Assembly (NCBI RefSeq): GCF_048593235.1
Contig: NC_133620.1
Coordinates: 437,253,261-437,317,260 of the forward strand
DNA from: Sminthopsis crassicaudata
Lineage: Eukaryota
Direction of reading: 5' to 3'
DNA: 64,000 nt
Shown here: positions 24,111 to 37,426 of the stretch, piece after piece
Layout: the number at the start of each line of letters is the position of its first letter
Position numbering within the stretch: position 1 is the first letter of the stretch
Translations under genes and position numbers: made by a program
The notes under the pieces: model-generated
The model's database searches: none
Seen by the model: the letters and a program-made list of their open reading frames with translations, nothing else
Told to the model about the DNA's origin: nothing

Positions 24111-25169
24111 ACTTCTGAAAAATTTCTCCATGGATAAATGAAGCTATATTAATCCAGCCTTAATGTTTTTATCATTCTATAAATTATCACATACTTTAGA
24201 GCTGGAAGAGATCTAAGCAGCCATTTAGGCCAAAATATACATGAAAACAATCATTATTGTAACATATTCAGTGAGCAATAGTCTAGTGTCTTCATGAGGA
24301 CTTCTAAAGAAAGGTTTATCCTTCACTTTTCTAAACATTTCATTTCATTTATGAATTATCATTTTTAAAAATTTTTTTTCCAGACATACAACTTTAATTA
24401 GTCTTTTTGTTATGGTCAGTGATGCCTTTTAAACATTGAAAAACACACATTAAGCTTTCTGTTGACCTCCTCAAAGCATTCCTACATGAATAAAACTTGT
24501 TATAGGCATTTACCAAACATATTTGGAAGTTTTAGGAAACTCAAAAATTCTAAGACAGCACTTTGATAACCAAGTTGGTCATGTGAAGATAAAAACTGTC
24601 AATTCTTGCTCCATGTTATCTCTGTAAGATATGTCTGCTTATTTATTTTACTAGCCACAATCTTTCCTCTTTCAATCCATCTGAGCATAGAAAATATTTG
24701 TTATATTAATGCATTAATCACATATTAAAATGTGTTAATAATTATAGTATGATTTTCCTGCTATAAAACTTGCAGCTGTTTCTTACATCAAAGCCATTTC
24801 CTACTTGCTATAATGTCCTCACTTATTGCTCCATTTAATTAAATTTTTTAAAAAATTCTTCCTGGGAAAAGTAGAGTATCGTTCTTTTAAGAAGCAAGGG
24901 ATAGTTTGTAATATTCACATACAGGGCAAGAACCAGTAGACACATGAGATTCCCCCTATTCTGAGAAAGGAGAGAACTGAGCTGAAAGCTCAATTTAGAG
25001 TTTGGAGCACTGTCCAGCTGGCTAAGCACTGCTTTAGGGGAAAGGCTGCCAGAAAAAGAGGAGCAATCTCTCCAAGATAGGAGATTCAAAGAGGAAAAGT
25101 TCTAGGGAGGCAAGTGACACTTTTACCTTAAGAAACAATGAAGTAGGAACCAAAGGATGGAAGGCAGCC

Positions 25170-25560
25170 TAGTGGATCTGAAAGAGCATTGGACTTGACA
25201 TTGGATGATCTGGGTTTGAATCCCTGGGATTTCATTTCCTAGCTGTATAACTCTGCTTCCCTTTCTTTGTTCATTAGTTGCAAAATGAAGAATTTGAAGA
25301 TGATGATTTCCAAGGCTCTTTTGGGTTCTAGTTTTCTTAGACTGTGTGGCAGCAGAGTAGGAAGTTAAATTGTATAGTGAATAGAGAGCATTTGATTTAA
25401 AGTCAGGAAGACCTGAGTTCCATCTGACTTCAGTCACTTCCTGTATGACACAGGGCAAATCACTTAACCTCTGTCTGCTTCAGTTTCCTCACCTGTAAAA
25501 TGGAGATAAAATAGCATCTATTTCTTAGATTGTTGTGAGGATCAAATGAGATAATATTCA
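25170..25560 (+). mobile_element. Two adjacent MIR-family SINEs
   Basis: Repeated core aagtcaggaagacctgagttc..ggcaaatcacttaacctc..cagtttcctcacctgtaaaatgg. Confidence 0.75.
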
Positions 25561-26929
25561 TAAAAGATTTATTTTATCTCTTCCTCCTGAGAAAGCTAAG
25601 AAAATAAATGTAAAAGGAAATGTTTAAAAAGCTGAAGGCTGAAATGGTTAAACCATAGTAGCCAAGCAATGATACATACTTCATTTTATGTAGTATATTT
25701 TCATATAATTACTGTCTAATCAACATGTTACTTTCTATATTATAAATTTATGTGCTATTACCTCAATTAAATATTTTTCTAGTTCAACACTTTCATTTCA
25801 TAGTTAAGGGAAACTGAAGACAAGAGAGATTGGGTCCTAAGGTCAACAAGTGAGTGTTGATTCTTATAATGACTCATAGTCACACATATTTATATAGCAC
25901 CTTAAAGAACTTATATAATATACAAAAAACTTCATAAGTACATAAGAGAAGAACAAAGTGCTGCGAGAATTCTGAGAAGGAAAAGATCATTTCTTACTGA
26001 GTCTTCAGGAAGGAACTGGTATTTGAGATGGACCATGAAGAATAGGTATTTTTAAAAATTTTGTAGACTGTTGTCACCTTCGATAGAAAATGATTAATGG
26101 ATATGCAAAGTCAATATAAGCTAAGTAATACAAGCTAAGAGCGGAGTAGTAGATGGATGGGAGTGGGAGATCAATTGCATGAGGAATGTGTGGATGATGG
26201 CCACTTGGTTTTTATACTCAAAAAGTAAGGGCTACTTTAATCAAAGTAATGAAATTAATGGGCTTCATGTGTTTGTGAAATGGAACAGCAGAGAGTAAAA
26301 TGGTTTGGAAATAATTTGAATGGGGAGTTTACATTTAGAATTTCCCTTCCTTTCAAGGTTTTTAGGTATGGGCCTAGAAACCCTTACAGGAAGAAGGAGT
26401 AGGCAGCTGCAACAGATCCAACTCAATGCTCACATTTCCCCCACAGAATTGGAGGTCTTTTGTACACCAGATGTCCTTGAACCCACAGAAGATAAACAGA
26501 ATCAAGAAAGAGAGGAATAAATATTAACAATCTGTAGTAGTACCTTTTTCCTCTTCTCTTCAGCTACTGGCAAACAGCCAATTGCTTCTTTAATTCAAGC
26601 TTGTATTGGCTCTGGCATAGATAAAACATTTCTATAGTAAAAGAAAAATATTTTCCTCCCACAAAATATGTGCATGTCTAATTATGTGAGATGAGAACTA
26701 CATATAAATAAATGTGGCATATAAAGTATGTAAAATAAAGAATATTTCTTTAAAAATACTTGAAATTCAAATATACTCATTGTTGACTTCTGTCAGCATG
26801 AGTATATTGAAACATTTGTGCATGCTAACTATATCATGAAAAGCCTTTGCATCAGTCACCTAGAGTCTATTTAAAATGATGTACATTTAGATTAAAATTC
26901 CTCACATTCATATATGCTTCTTGTTTCAA

Positions 26930-27490
26930 AAATCATAGAATTTGAAAGTTAGGAGATATTTTAGTGACTCTCTAATCTGACCCATACAACAAACAAATTC
27001 CCACAGTAGCGTGCCTGACAAGACACATTAGACAATGCGTCTAATATCTGCTTGAAGACCTCTAAGACCAGATAACCTACAACTTTTCCAGGTGACCCAC
27101 CCTTACATTCAGACAGCTGTTAATTATTAATAAGATTTTTTTTCTTGACATCAAACTCAAATAATTTGTAACTTTCACTCTCTGCTCTTGTTTCTAATTC
27201 CTAGGGTCAAAAAAGAACAAATCTAATTCTTCTCCTCCTTCATACACCTTCAAACACTTGGGGACACTTATTATGTCCCTCCCAAGAGTCTGCTCTTCTC
27301 TAGGCTAAATATTTCCACTCAGTTCAACTAATATTCACTTAATATGGTCTAAAGGCCTTTCATCATACATTTTATCCAAGTATTTCTCCTATAGCTTGTC
27401 AATATCCTTCTTAAATCAGCATGCCTGCACTTGAATACCATATTCTAGATGGGGTCTGATGAGGGCAGAGTATGGTTACACTATCACCAG
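26930..27490 (-). mobile_element. CR1/L3 3' relic
   Basis: Same CR1 3' motifs as 20330-20950. Confidence 0.6.
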
Positions 27491-27499
27491 CCTATTAAG

Positions 27500-28165
27500 T
27501 TAGTCAAAAATGTTAACAAAGTTCCAAAAAGAATTGCAAACTAATAGCAACTATGTGAAACAATGCTTCAACCCACTAATATGAGAGAAGTGCAAATTTA
27601 AAATAAAAACTCACAGAATTCTCATGGTACACAGAGAAAATTAAAAAGATAAAAAATGGGACCAGTTAATCATGGTAGAATTGTGTCATTCTACACATAA
27701 TAATGGTTGGTGAAACTATGAATTGGTAGAGCCATTTATGGAAAGCAATCCTGCTATGCTAAAAGAAATGGCAAAATAGTGAATACAGGGAAACATGAAA
27801 AGATTTAAATGAACTGATGCAGAGTGAAATAGTTGGAGCAAGGAATATAATATGCAGGATGTTTGCAACCATACAAATTAAAACTGAATGCTATGAAATT
27901 TTGGTGATGAAAACTTGCTCTCCAAAAAGACACATGAAAAGATATTTTCCTTGGTCCTTTGAAGAGCTGAAGGCTCACAGGATCATTGCATTTAACATTA
28001 ATAGAACATTGCATATAACATTAGTCTTTTTCAAAGAATTGATTTGTTTTGCTGATTTTTTTCCCTATCTTTTACTTATTAAATTCTTTATTATAAGCTA
28101 TGGCTCTCTGGCAGGGACTAGGAAAAGGAAGATGACATAAAATCAAATATTAATAAAATTGGTTT
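27500..28165 (+). mobile_element. Old L1 ORF2 end/3' UTR relic
   Basis: atgaactgatgcagagtgaaatag..gagcaaggaatataat, degenerate counterpart of the young L1 ORF2 end. Confidence 0.7.
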
Positions 28166-29224
28166 TAAAAAAATCAAATGCTGCTTTCTTTTAAAGAACT
28201 TTTATTGCCTTTTGTGGTCCTTGAAATATGTGGGTGTGATAGCCATTGAGCTTGGAAAGAAAAAGCATCTTTACCTAAGTTGTTGCTCTGGGTTAGTCTG
28301 AGGGAAAAAGTTGCATCTGTTTCACACATGTTTCTCAGTGTTTTGAAGTAGGGATAAACACCTTATTTCCAGTATGTCAATCAACTGATTAATCAATCAA
28401 AAACATTTATTAAACACTTATTGAATGCCAAGCACTGTGCTGGGCACTTGGATTATAAAACTATAAACAGTCCTTGTCTTTCTGGATTTCACATTCTACT
28501 GTGTGCTTACTAAGTAAATTGTATTACTTTCATTGTTTTCCCTTTTTTCTTCTCTTTTATCTCTCCTTCCCTTATTTATTCTCTTCTATCTCTTTTATTT
28601 CTCCCTCCTTTATTCAATTTTCTTCTCTTTCCTTTCCTTTTCATTTCCCTTCTGTCAAAGTCTTAGGTTATCCAATGACACCTATGGGCTTTATTTGTAC
28701 TGATGTCCCACACAGGATCAAAAAGCACAGTCTGAGGGGAGATCTGATTTTTTAAAAATATTTTTGTCAACACTGAATAGACTCACATATAGTCATTCCC
28801 CAAAAAGGTAATCCTAGCATAAAATATAACACAACAACAGAGGCCCCAATTTGTGCTCAAAAGTTTATCTTCTTCCAGAGATGGCTTCTATCCCAAAGCT
28901 GAATGGGACTTGGTATGGAGATATACCCCGTTCCTTTTATGTCTGGTATTGTGACTTTTTTTTTCCCCCAGAACACCATGCCATCTCAGAACTTCAGTTT
29001 ATGTAACAAACATTGATTGAGTCTCTACCATTTGTTAAATCCTATAGGAGTTAGGAAGATCCCTTATGACATAATTTGCTCTATAAGAACTTGTAGACTT
29101 TTGAGGAAAATATGGAGTCTTTACATAATTCACTACATTTTGATATAAAAGTACTTCTTCCCTCTTCAAATGCTCCTAGAATATTTTGCTTGAATTCCTC
29201 TTTTGTTCATATCACACTCTCCCT

Positions 29225-29600
29225 TATATGATTTTTTTATGTATTTAATTTTTTTCTAGTTATACATGTACTTTCATTTTTTAAAAAACACATTTCTTTA
29301 TGAATCATGTTGGAAAGAAAAAATCAGACCAAAAGAGAAAAACAATGAGAGAAAATATAGAAAAAAAAGTGAACATAGAATGTGTTGATTTACTGAAATC
29401 TAATTTACATTAGATAAGCTTTTGAGCATGAACTGGGAGCTCTGTTGCTGTGCTATATTTTATGCTAGGATTACTTTCTTTGGGGAATGACTCTCTATAT
29501 ATGACTCTGTTTGATGCTGTCTAAAATTTAAGCATGAGAGTTCTCTGGATGCAGATAGCAGCACTTTCCATTCAAAGTTTATTGGAAATCATTCTTTTTG
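29225..29600 (-). mobile_element. L1 3' UTR fragment carrying an unrelated internal segment
   Basis: catttctttatgaatcatgttggaaag..aacatagaatgtgttgatttac, then resumes at gttctctggatgcagat. Confidence 0.7.
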
Positions 29601-30265
29601 TTTATGTATTTGTATACATGTTCTATCCCCCCAATAGAAGATAATAATGTGTAATTAAAAAAAATTAATCACTTTGGTTTCTGATTGCCAACATAGTCCA
29701 AAGCACACATCTGGATATCGTAAAGTTTTACTGAATAAAGTTGAAGTGTAGTTGTAGAAGTGCCATAGACGTGAAAGTCCTTCTTAAATCATAATACAGC
29801 CCCATTCAAGTTTAAGTACAAAAAGGTCCATCCAAAACCAGATAGAAATGGTTCTTAAGATAATCATTAAGAGTAATCTGTGCCATGACTCACTTCTATT
29901 AATATGAAAAATTCAGTTTTATTAATGTAGAAAATCAATAATTAACTATCTTGAAAATACAATTAGCTAGAAAATAACACAATACAATAACATAATAGTT
30001 CTAGAATTAGGGGATCTGGGTTCAAATCCTGCCTCTAAAACTTCCCGGAGTTTCAGTTCTCTCATCTAGTTCTCTCATCATGTAGCCCTACGAATGAAAG
30101 CAGAAAAAAATAGCAGATTTTTCAAAGCTCAAATAAAAAAAATAACAGGTCAATAAAAGGTCAAATAAAAAGTCTTGCAATGATGAGCATAAAAAGGATT
30201 GGTTCTTGGATCATTTAAAATAATTACTTAAAGCTACTAGAATTGGAAACCACAACCAATCTCAC

Positions 30266-30425
30266 CTTTTTTAAAGCTGACAGCATCAGATGGGGCAGTT
30301 TCTGATTTCGGTAGACAAAAGGAGAACCTCATGTCTGTTGAACCTGGAGCTGTAGGGGTGTCAGAGTGGCCATACACAGGACCAGAATCTGGACTGTAAC
30401 TCACTGCTCCATCTGCAAAGAGGAT
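30266..30425 (-). CDS. SPAG17: SPAG17 coding exon, ILFADGAVSYSPDSGPVYGHSDTPTAPGSTDMRFSFCLPKSETAPSDAVSFKK(G)
   Basis: ttcttag|ATC acceptor, AAAG|gtgaga donor, 160 nt, phase 0 to 1. Confidence 0.93.
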
Positions 30426-31106
30426 CTAAGAACAACATTGATATTTCAGGTAAGTCTTCAGAAAGTAAGGAAAATATGGTCAAACAATAAAGAATAGATT
30501 GTCACACTAAAACTTTCATCAGAGTCAACATGAAAAAGTAAAATCTTGAGGCCAAAAGAAAGAGAATTAATTCCTGGACATAGGGCTTTCAGGCTACATG
30601 TAGACTGAGATTTTCTAATAAAAAAAAAAAATTGGAGCCTAATTCATTAGTATAAGCAATCTAATAGGCCAACAAGTATGAATCATTTGACAGAGCCACT
30701 CAGCAACTGAACGGTCTTGTTTGAATTAATAATTGTAATTTGTTGAACTCTCATACATAAAGATTTCTGATTATATACAACACTACTGAAACAACTTAGA
30801 TATCTTTCTGTAATCCACTGGTCAGGCACTATTTTTCTACTTTTATGATAGGGACTAAACCTCTGATAGCAGAAATATACAGAATTCCAAGGTAAACTCT
30901 CTCGGGCAATGGAAATCAAAGCTTTTCTGCTATTTCAGAACAAGGGTGGAGAATGTCTGATTCACAAAATCATTTGCTAAGGCAATTTTAGGCTATGATG
31001 AGCTGAAAGCAAAGAATTACAAATTTCTACTACTTGTCTATAAGTTGATCATTTTTTCAAAAAAGAAAAAAGGTTCTTTTCTCTTGGTTTAGAGAGTTAC
31101 GTAAAG

Positions 31107-31310
31107 CAGGGTTTCTTAAAACTTGTTCTACTTGCTTTTATCCCAAGAAGTTTTTGTGTGACCCTGGGTATATGGCAATAGATAATGAATATACTAATCA
31201 AATAGTTGCTGATAATAAATTGTATTCATTTGTACATCAACTGAATGTAATTAACATTCAGTTATATGAACCCATATGAGGTCATGAATCACAGTTTAAA
31301 AAAAACTGGG
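31107..31310 (+). mobile_element. Non-autonomous DNA transposon (hAT/Charlie-like MITE), copy 2, more degraded
   Basis: cagggtttcttaaa..atcaaatagttgctgataataaatt..cattcagttatatga..cacagtttaaaaaaaactggg aligns by eye with 14445-14649. Confidence 0.6.
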
Positions 31311-32168
31311 GCCCAAAGCACCAAGAGTTTAACTGACTTCCTAGGGTCACATAGCAAATCTCTGGCAAAGGAAGGGCTTGAACCCACATTTTCTTGGCTC
31401 ACTGCACCATGCTGTCTCTCATGATATATGCTATGGTATCCTTATCTATTTAATGGATTACCATGACCACAGAAGATGGATCATCTAGGGAAGATCAATG
31501 GAAGCATATAAACAAGATCAAGTATAGACCTGGGAGAGCTTCAATAGCTTAATTCCCTCACTTTATAGATGAGGACGTAAGCCCAGACAAATTGTGTTTG
31601 CAGATGATTGTTCACTCAGTGGAAACGCTGAAGCTGAGATGCAACAAAATATGGAATGATTCTCTGCTGCTTGTGCTGATTTTGGCCTAACAATTTAATT
31701 TTTTTAGTTAGAAAGCTATCTGTCCAGCATATAAGATGTTAGACTTTTCTAGGTACATATGAGAAAGAACAACTTGGTCAAGAGGGAAATATTGGAAGTG
31801 AAATCATATGACTTGATTTCAAATCTCCATTCTTCTTCTTATGACCTGTGTGAATTTGGGGGCAAGTATCCTGTCTAAGTCTCATTTTATTCATCTGTAA
31901 AATGAGATAGTTGGACTCTCCCTGAGGTCTGTTCTAAATCTTTGACCTTTTGACAAGTCAGTCCCATTCCTATACATAATTTTTGTCCTCAATGATACTA
32001 TATCAATTTGATAGTCAATTCTCTTTTCAAATATCCCAACTGTCATTCTACTCTTCCTCTTCCTGATCGTCTCTGGTGACAATTCAGCTTATGGTAAAAA
32101 AAATTCATGTAAAAACAATTGATGATTGAATCCCATGGATTTCAAGCTCCTAAGAAGGAGACAAATTA

Positions 32169-32462
<294 letters not shown>

Positions 32463-32999
32463 TTAATGAAACTATCATAATTTCTGGGACTATTGAACAA
32501 AGTTGATTCCTTGTCATAGCTAATGGTTCATGGTTACAACACTTTGTTGATTTTGTTGATATTTGTTGATGGATAGCTAAAACATCATAGACGCATAGAT
32601 ATAGAATTGGAAGGGATCGTAGGGATTATTTAGTTCAACTCCATTTCATAGATGATGAAATTGAGGCCCGGTAAAATTAAATGACTTACCCAAGAGCATA
32701 CTAGAAAATGAATCCTCAATTTTTGTCTACCCTCAAAGCTCTCATTTTCTTTGTGCCCAGCTCCCAGGCAGATATAAAGGAAGAAAGCAACAGATTTAAA
32801 TAAAGGCATCTAAATCTGAGGATGCTGAAAATTCTGTTGGTATTCTATACAGTATCTGATATCTCATGTAGAAATATATAGAGGGAGATGTCACCTTAAC
32901 CAACTAGATGGGACAAGATACCAAATTGATTTATTGAATTTAGATTTTACTTAAGAAGTTTTATGTTATTTTGGGGCTTCAGAGCTATTCATAAAGGAG

Positions 33000-33420
33000 A
33001 AAAAAACACTGGGTTGGGAGTCAGAACTTCAGGGATCTAATTCTGGACCTGCAATTAACTAGCTCCATGATCCTAGGGTAGTTATGTGGTACAGTGGATG
33101 GAGCACTAGGCCTGGAGTGAGGAATTCCTGACTTCAAATTTGACCTTAAATACTTAATAGTTATGTAATCCTGGGCAAGTCACTTAAAGTCTGTTTGCCT
33201 CAGTTTCCTCATTTGTAAAATGAAGGTAATAATAATACCTACCTCTCAAGCTTGCTGTGAAGAACAGATGAGATAATATTTGTAAAGCTGTTAGCAAAAT
33301 GACTGGTACACAGTAGGTGTATAATGCTATTATTGTTATTATGAATTCTTGATCTTGGTTATCCAATCTATAAAATGAAGCAGTTGGACTATTCTGATCT
33401 ACAGAATCCCTTACAGCTTT
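33000..33420 (+). mobile_element. Cluster of MIR-family SINEs
   Basis: ctgggcaagtcacttaaag..cctcagtttcctcatttgtaaaatg core. Confidence 0.75.
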
Positions 33421-34270
33421 TAACATTTTTTAATTCTGATGATATCCATCAGAACAGTGTTGTAAGTAGGCATCTGGCCAAATAATGTGATAATAACACT
33501 TTACAGTGAGGTTGGTTATAATGTATTCATGATGTTATTGAGAAATAACAATCTGTGGGATATACTTACATACAGAATACCTAGGAATAATGATAATAAT
33601 GCTCTCTCCCCTCATCTCCTTTCCCCACTCCCTCCCTCCCTACTTCCTCCTTTTTTCCTGTCCTCTCCCTCCTCCAATCTACTATTTCATTCTGTCTATA
33701 CCAAGCAATTACTGTACCCATTACCATGTCAAAATGAGAGCAACTGTTACAAGCCTTTTTATGTGATAGAATTTATTGTAACAAGATCAGCAAAATTATA
33801 AGCCTTTTATGTAATAGAATTCATTGTTACAAGATCAGCAAAATACCGTTTCTGTGGAGCATCATTCAGGATGTGGAAATAATCTTGATTGTCTTACCTT
33901 TTTGGGGGGAGGGAAGGGGATAATTAGATCCTGCGATTTTGCCAATGAAGTTAATTTCTGATGTGATAGCTCTGTTCATTGAGGCAATTCTTGCATGCAT
34001 GTAATTTATAGCATTATGGAATAGCCCAGGCATTGAGAAATTAGGTGATATACCTGAGTTACACAGCTAGTAGGTCAAAAGCAGGACCTGAGCCCAAGTT
34101 TTCCTGACTCTAAGAATAGCCCTCTGTCCATTATGGTAGGTTACCTCTTGCAAATGTAAATGCAAAACCTTGAAAATATTGGATGTCTCTGATCAGGGAA
34201 ATGAATTATTCTTAATTATTATTTGAACATATCTGTGGTTTTTAAAATGCATCTAATGCAATATACTAAC

Positions 34271-34391
34271 CTGGAGAAAGGTAGCCAAGGAAAGTCACTG
34301 CCAGTCCATTAGGACATGAAATATTTAGTCTTTGGAAGGTGGGAATAAAGGGGGGTTCTGGTGGAGGTACTGCTGCCTCTGCTGCTTCTTC
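34271..34391 (-). CDS. SPAG17: SPAG17 coding exon, EEAAEAAVPPPEPPFIPTFQRLNISCPNGLAVTFLGYLSP(G)
   Basis: ttcatag|GAA acceptor, CCAG|gttagt donor, 121 nt, phase 0 to 1; matches recalled human [21 protein letters not shown]. Confidence 0.92.
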
Positions 34392-34719
34392 CTATGAAGT
34401 AGAATGCAATTAATTTTAAAGATTCTTATTGCTCTGAACCAACAAGCACAGATTAAATTCAAGGGAATCCAACAGACCTTTGCTGAGTAGCTACTATATG
34501 CTCAGAATTGCGAGGAGCAGTGAGTCATTCTTATAGAGATGATTTGCCTTGTAGACTTTTAGGTAAAGAGATCCTACCTTTCCAATCTCTGAGTATTTTA
34601 AAATCTGTTTCTCTCAATGGATACAGTGAAGTTTATAAGGCCAGAATCTTGCTATCAAAGAATGGCTACTTTGGGAGGCCAGACCTATACAACTAGAATA
34701 TTTAATAATGACAAAATAT

Positions 34720-35350
34720 AGTATGCAGAGTGCCACAAATGCATTTACACAAAAGGACATATAAGATGTGCTGCCGAAGTTTGACTCACAAATATATCAT
34801 AAAGCATTAGAGGTAGTGGGAAATGATGAGCAGGATGCTTTTAGAAAAAAAAATAAACCTGGGAAGTCCTCCATGAACTCAAGCAAAGTGAAATGTACTG
34901 TCTATAAAGTAATAGCAATGTTGTGGAACGACCAGATGTAAATGACATTCCTATTCTCAGCAANNNNNNNNNNNNNNNNNNNNNNNNNNNNNNNNNNNNN
35001 NNNNNNNNNNNNNNNNNNNNNNNNNNNNNNNNNNNNNNNNNNNNNNNNNNNNNNNNNNNNNNNNNNNNNNNNNNNNNNNNNNNNNNNNNNNNNNNNNNNN
35101 NNNNNNNNNNNNNNNNNCTCATTTTTTCTATCTCTGTCTCTCCCTTACCTCCTCTCTTTTTACTTTTTTTCTCATGGGTTTTTTATTAGGGTAGGAGATC
35201 TATTTTCTTTCACAACATGACTTTTATGGAAATGTTTTGCATAACTTCACATGTAGTTTCTTAATGGAGCTAGGGGTGAGAATAAGAGAAAATGGAACTC
35301 AAAAAGTTTTTTTTTTAAATGGGAAAAATCTGTTTTAAATGTAATTGAGG
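34720..35350 (+). mobile_element. Old L1 3' relic spanning an assembly gap
   Basis: ccatgaactcaagcaaagtgaaatg.. and ..gggtaggagatctattttctttcacaacatgac. Confidence 0.6.
34964..35117. other. Assembly gap (154 N)
   Basis: N run. Confidence 1.
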
Positions 35351-37275
35351 AAAATATTAATTTTTTAAAAAAAGCATTAGAGATGGGGGAAGTCTTCAGA
35401 AATTACTTGGAAAACTGATATCCACAGGGAAGGTGACTTGAACAGGATGACATGAATAATAGAGGCAGAAGTGATCTCTTTCATTTTATTTAACTAAGTG
35501 AGAGTTAAAATTGTTTGAGGAAAGTTTCATGAAGTAGCTGGGATTTAGTCTGGACCTAGAAGGGTGTATCAATTGGAGCTATGAGAGCTGGGACAAATAA
35601 CTTCATGAGGTAATGGAGTGATACAATGACTCTGAGATCAGAGCATCTGAGCTCAAAATCTCACTTCTCAAATATCATATAACTCAGTAGGACTCCATCT
35701 CTACTCTAATCAGTATTAATCAGTTTGACAGTTTACACAAATTATATAGGGACAACTAGATAAGATATATTCTTATACCAGGCCTTAAATTTTAATGTTA
35801 TGTTCACTACTTGTTTACCAGTTATGAAGTTCACCTATACAAAGATATTTCTATCTTGTTTTACTCAAATTCCATGCCCAAACCCAGAATGGATGAGATG
35901 CTTTGTTTTTTTTGGAAAGCCTCCTCAACATATTTTTGTACTTCCAGATCACCCTCTTGTCCAATTGGAGCAGGTGACCACCATAGGACTACTTGGTCAT
36001 CTTGCCTTGTCCATCTTTAATTTTTGACCTCCAAGAGCAAAGTCTATCCACTGATAAAATTCTGTACATTGTGTTGCTTTTCTAGAATAGTGAACCTTAT
36101 AAAAAGAATGCCTTAGAAGAAAGGGGCTTCTCAGATTGGGAGGAAGATCCGAGGTCTACTTTTTTAGAAGAAACCATGGACCTTTAATAAAGTTCCATTG
36201 AATCAGAGTTCTACTTTGGTGGTTTTTCTTTCAATTATAATCCCTCACAAAGGCACATCAACTGTGTGATCTTGTGCAAGTCATTCAATATTTGTAGCCT
36301 CAGTTTTCCCATCTGTATAATTAATTGTCTGGAGTAATTATGATTTTTTTTGTGCTCCTTCCAGTTTTAGATCTCTGCTCCTATGGCATCTACGAATCTC
36401 AGTTTTTTCATGAGGGCAACAGGACTTAATAAGATGCTACTTGTCTGACTTCACTGAAATGATAAGAGTAAAGTTTTTTGTATATTATAAAGGGCTATAT
36501 AAATGTAAACTCTTATTGCCAGTCCCTATTAAGAAATATGAAGCATGTATAAAGACTATGTAAAGCTATGCAAAATCAGTGTGAAATCTAAGATATAGAC
36601 ATTAAATTCCATTTTTATGGTAAAAGATTAATAGTAAAACACATTTTGATATATCATGCATATGTGATTTTATCAGTGTAGAGTCCTCAGATGTTTTTAC
36701 ATCATCTTTATTTCCCAATAGACTCCTTCCTACTCATACAACTATTCCCTGTAACAAAGAATTAAAAAAGAGAGAGGGAAAAGGTCTGTGGAACTGATCA
36801 GTACAACAACAAAGTGTGAGAATTTATGCATTTTTCTATTTATGCAAAGTGTTCACGCCTCTACAAAGAAGGTAATATTCTCATCTCTTTTCTAAGATCA
36901 AACTTGATTATTATATTTATTCATTTTGGGGATTTTGTTATTATTTTCCTTTCCATTAACACCATCATAGTCACTGTGTTTACTATTTTCTTGGTTTATT
37001 TCAGTCTGCATCAATTCGTGTAAATCTTCTCACAATATGTATCTTTTACAAATCTAATTTGGTCAATGGATTCTCAGTACTCCAACTAGACTCTTTACCT
37101 AGTTCCAGCTATTCTTTCTCATTATAATTGTTTTTTCTTTGTGCCTTAAGAATTTATTCCTGAGGACTTCTCATCTCTATTGGGATGACTTAACTTGTAG
37201 ACTTTTAGATCCTGAAATCTTACCTTTCCTTTCTCTAAGAAGTGTGTGTGCATGTGTACGTGTGTACATATATAG

Positions 37276-37426
37276 TTTTTTTTTTTTTTTCTGAGGCAAT
37301 TGGGGTTAAGTAAATTGCCCAGGGTCACACAGCTAGGAAGTGTTAAAGTGTTTGAGACCAGATTTGAAGTCAGGTCCTCCTGACTTCAGGGCTGATGCTC
37401 TATCCACTGTGCTACCTAGCTTCCTC
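37276..37426 (-). mobile_element. WSINE1-like SINE
   Basis: Reverse complement of the 20691 family with a T15 tail; 9-bp TSD TTCTCTAAG at 37231-37239 and 37427-37435. Confidence 0.9.

Noticed and set aside
26320-26520. 66-aa plus-strand ORF with an acceptor-like pyrimidine tract, possible nested antisense exon or retrocopy
   Set aside because: No recognisable protein in any frame, no poly(A) or TSD; it would need RNA-seq or BLAST support.
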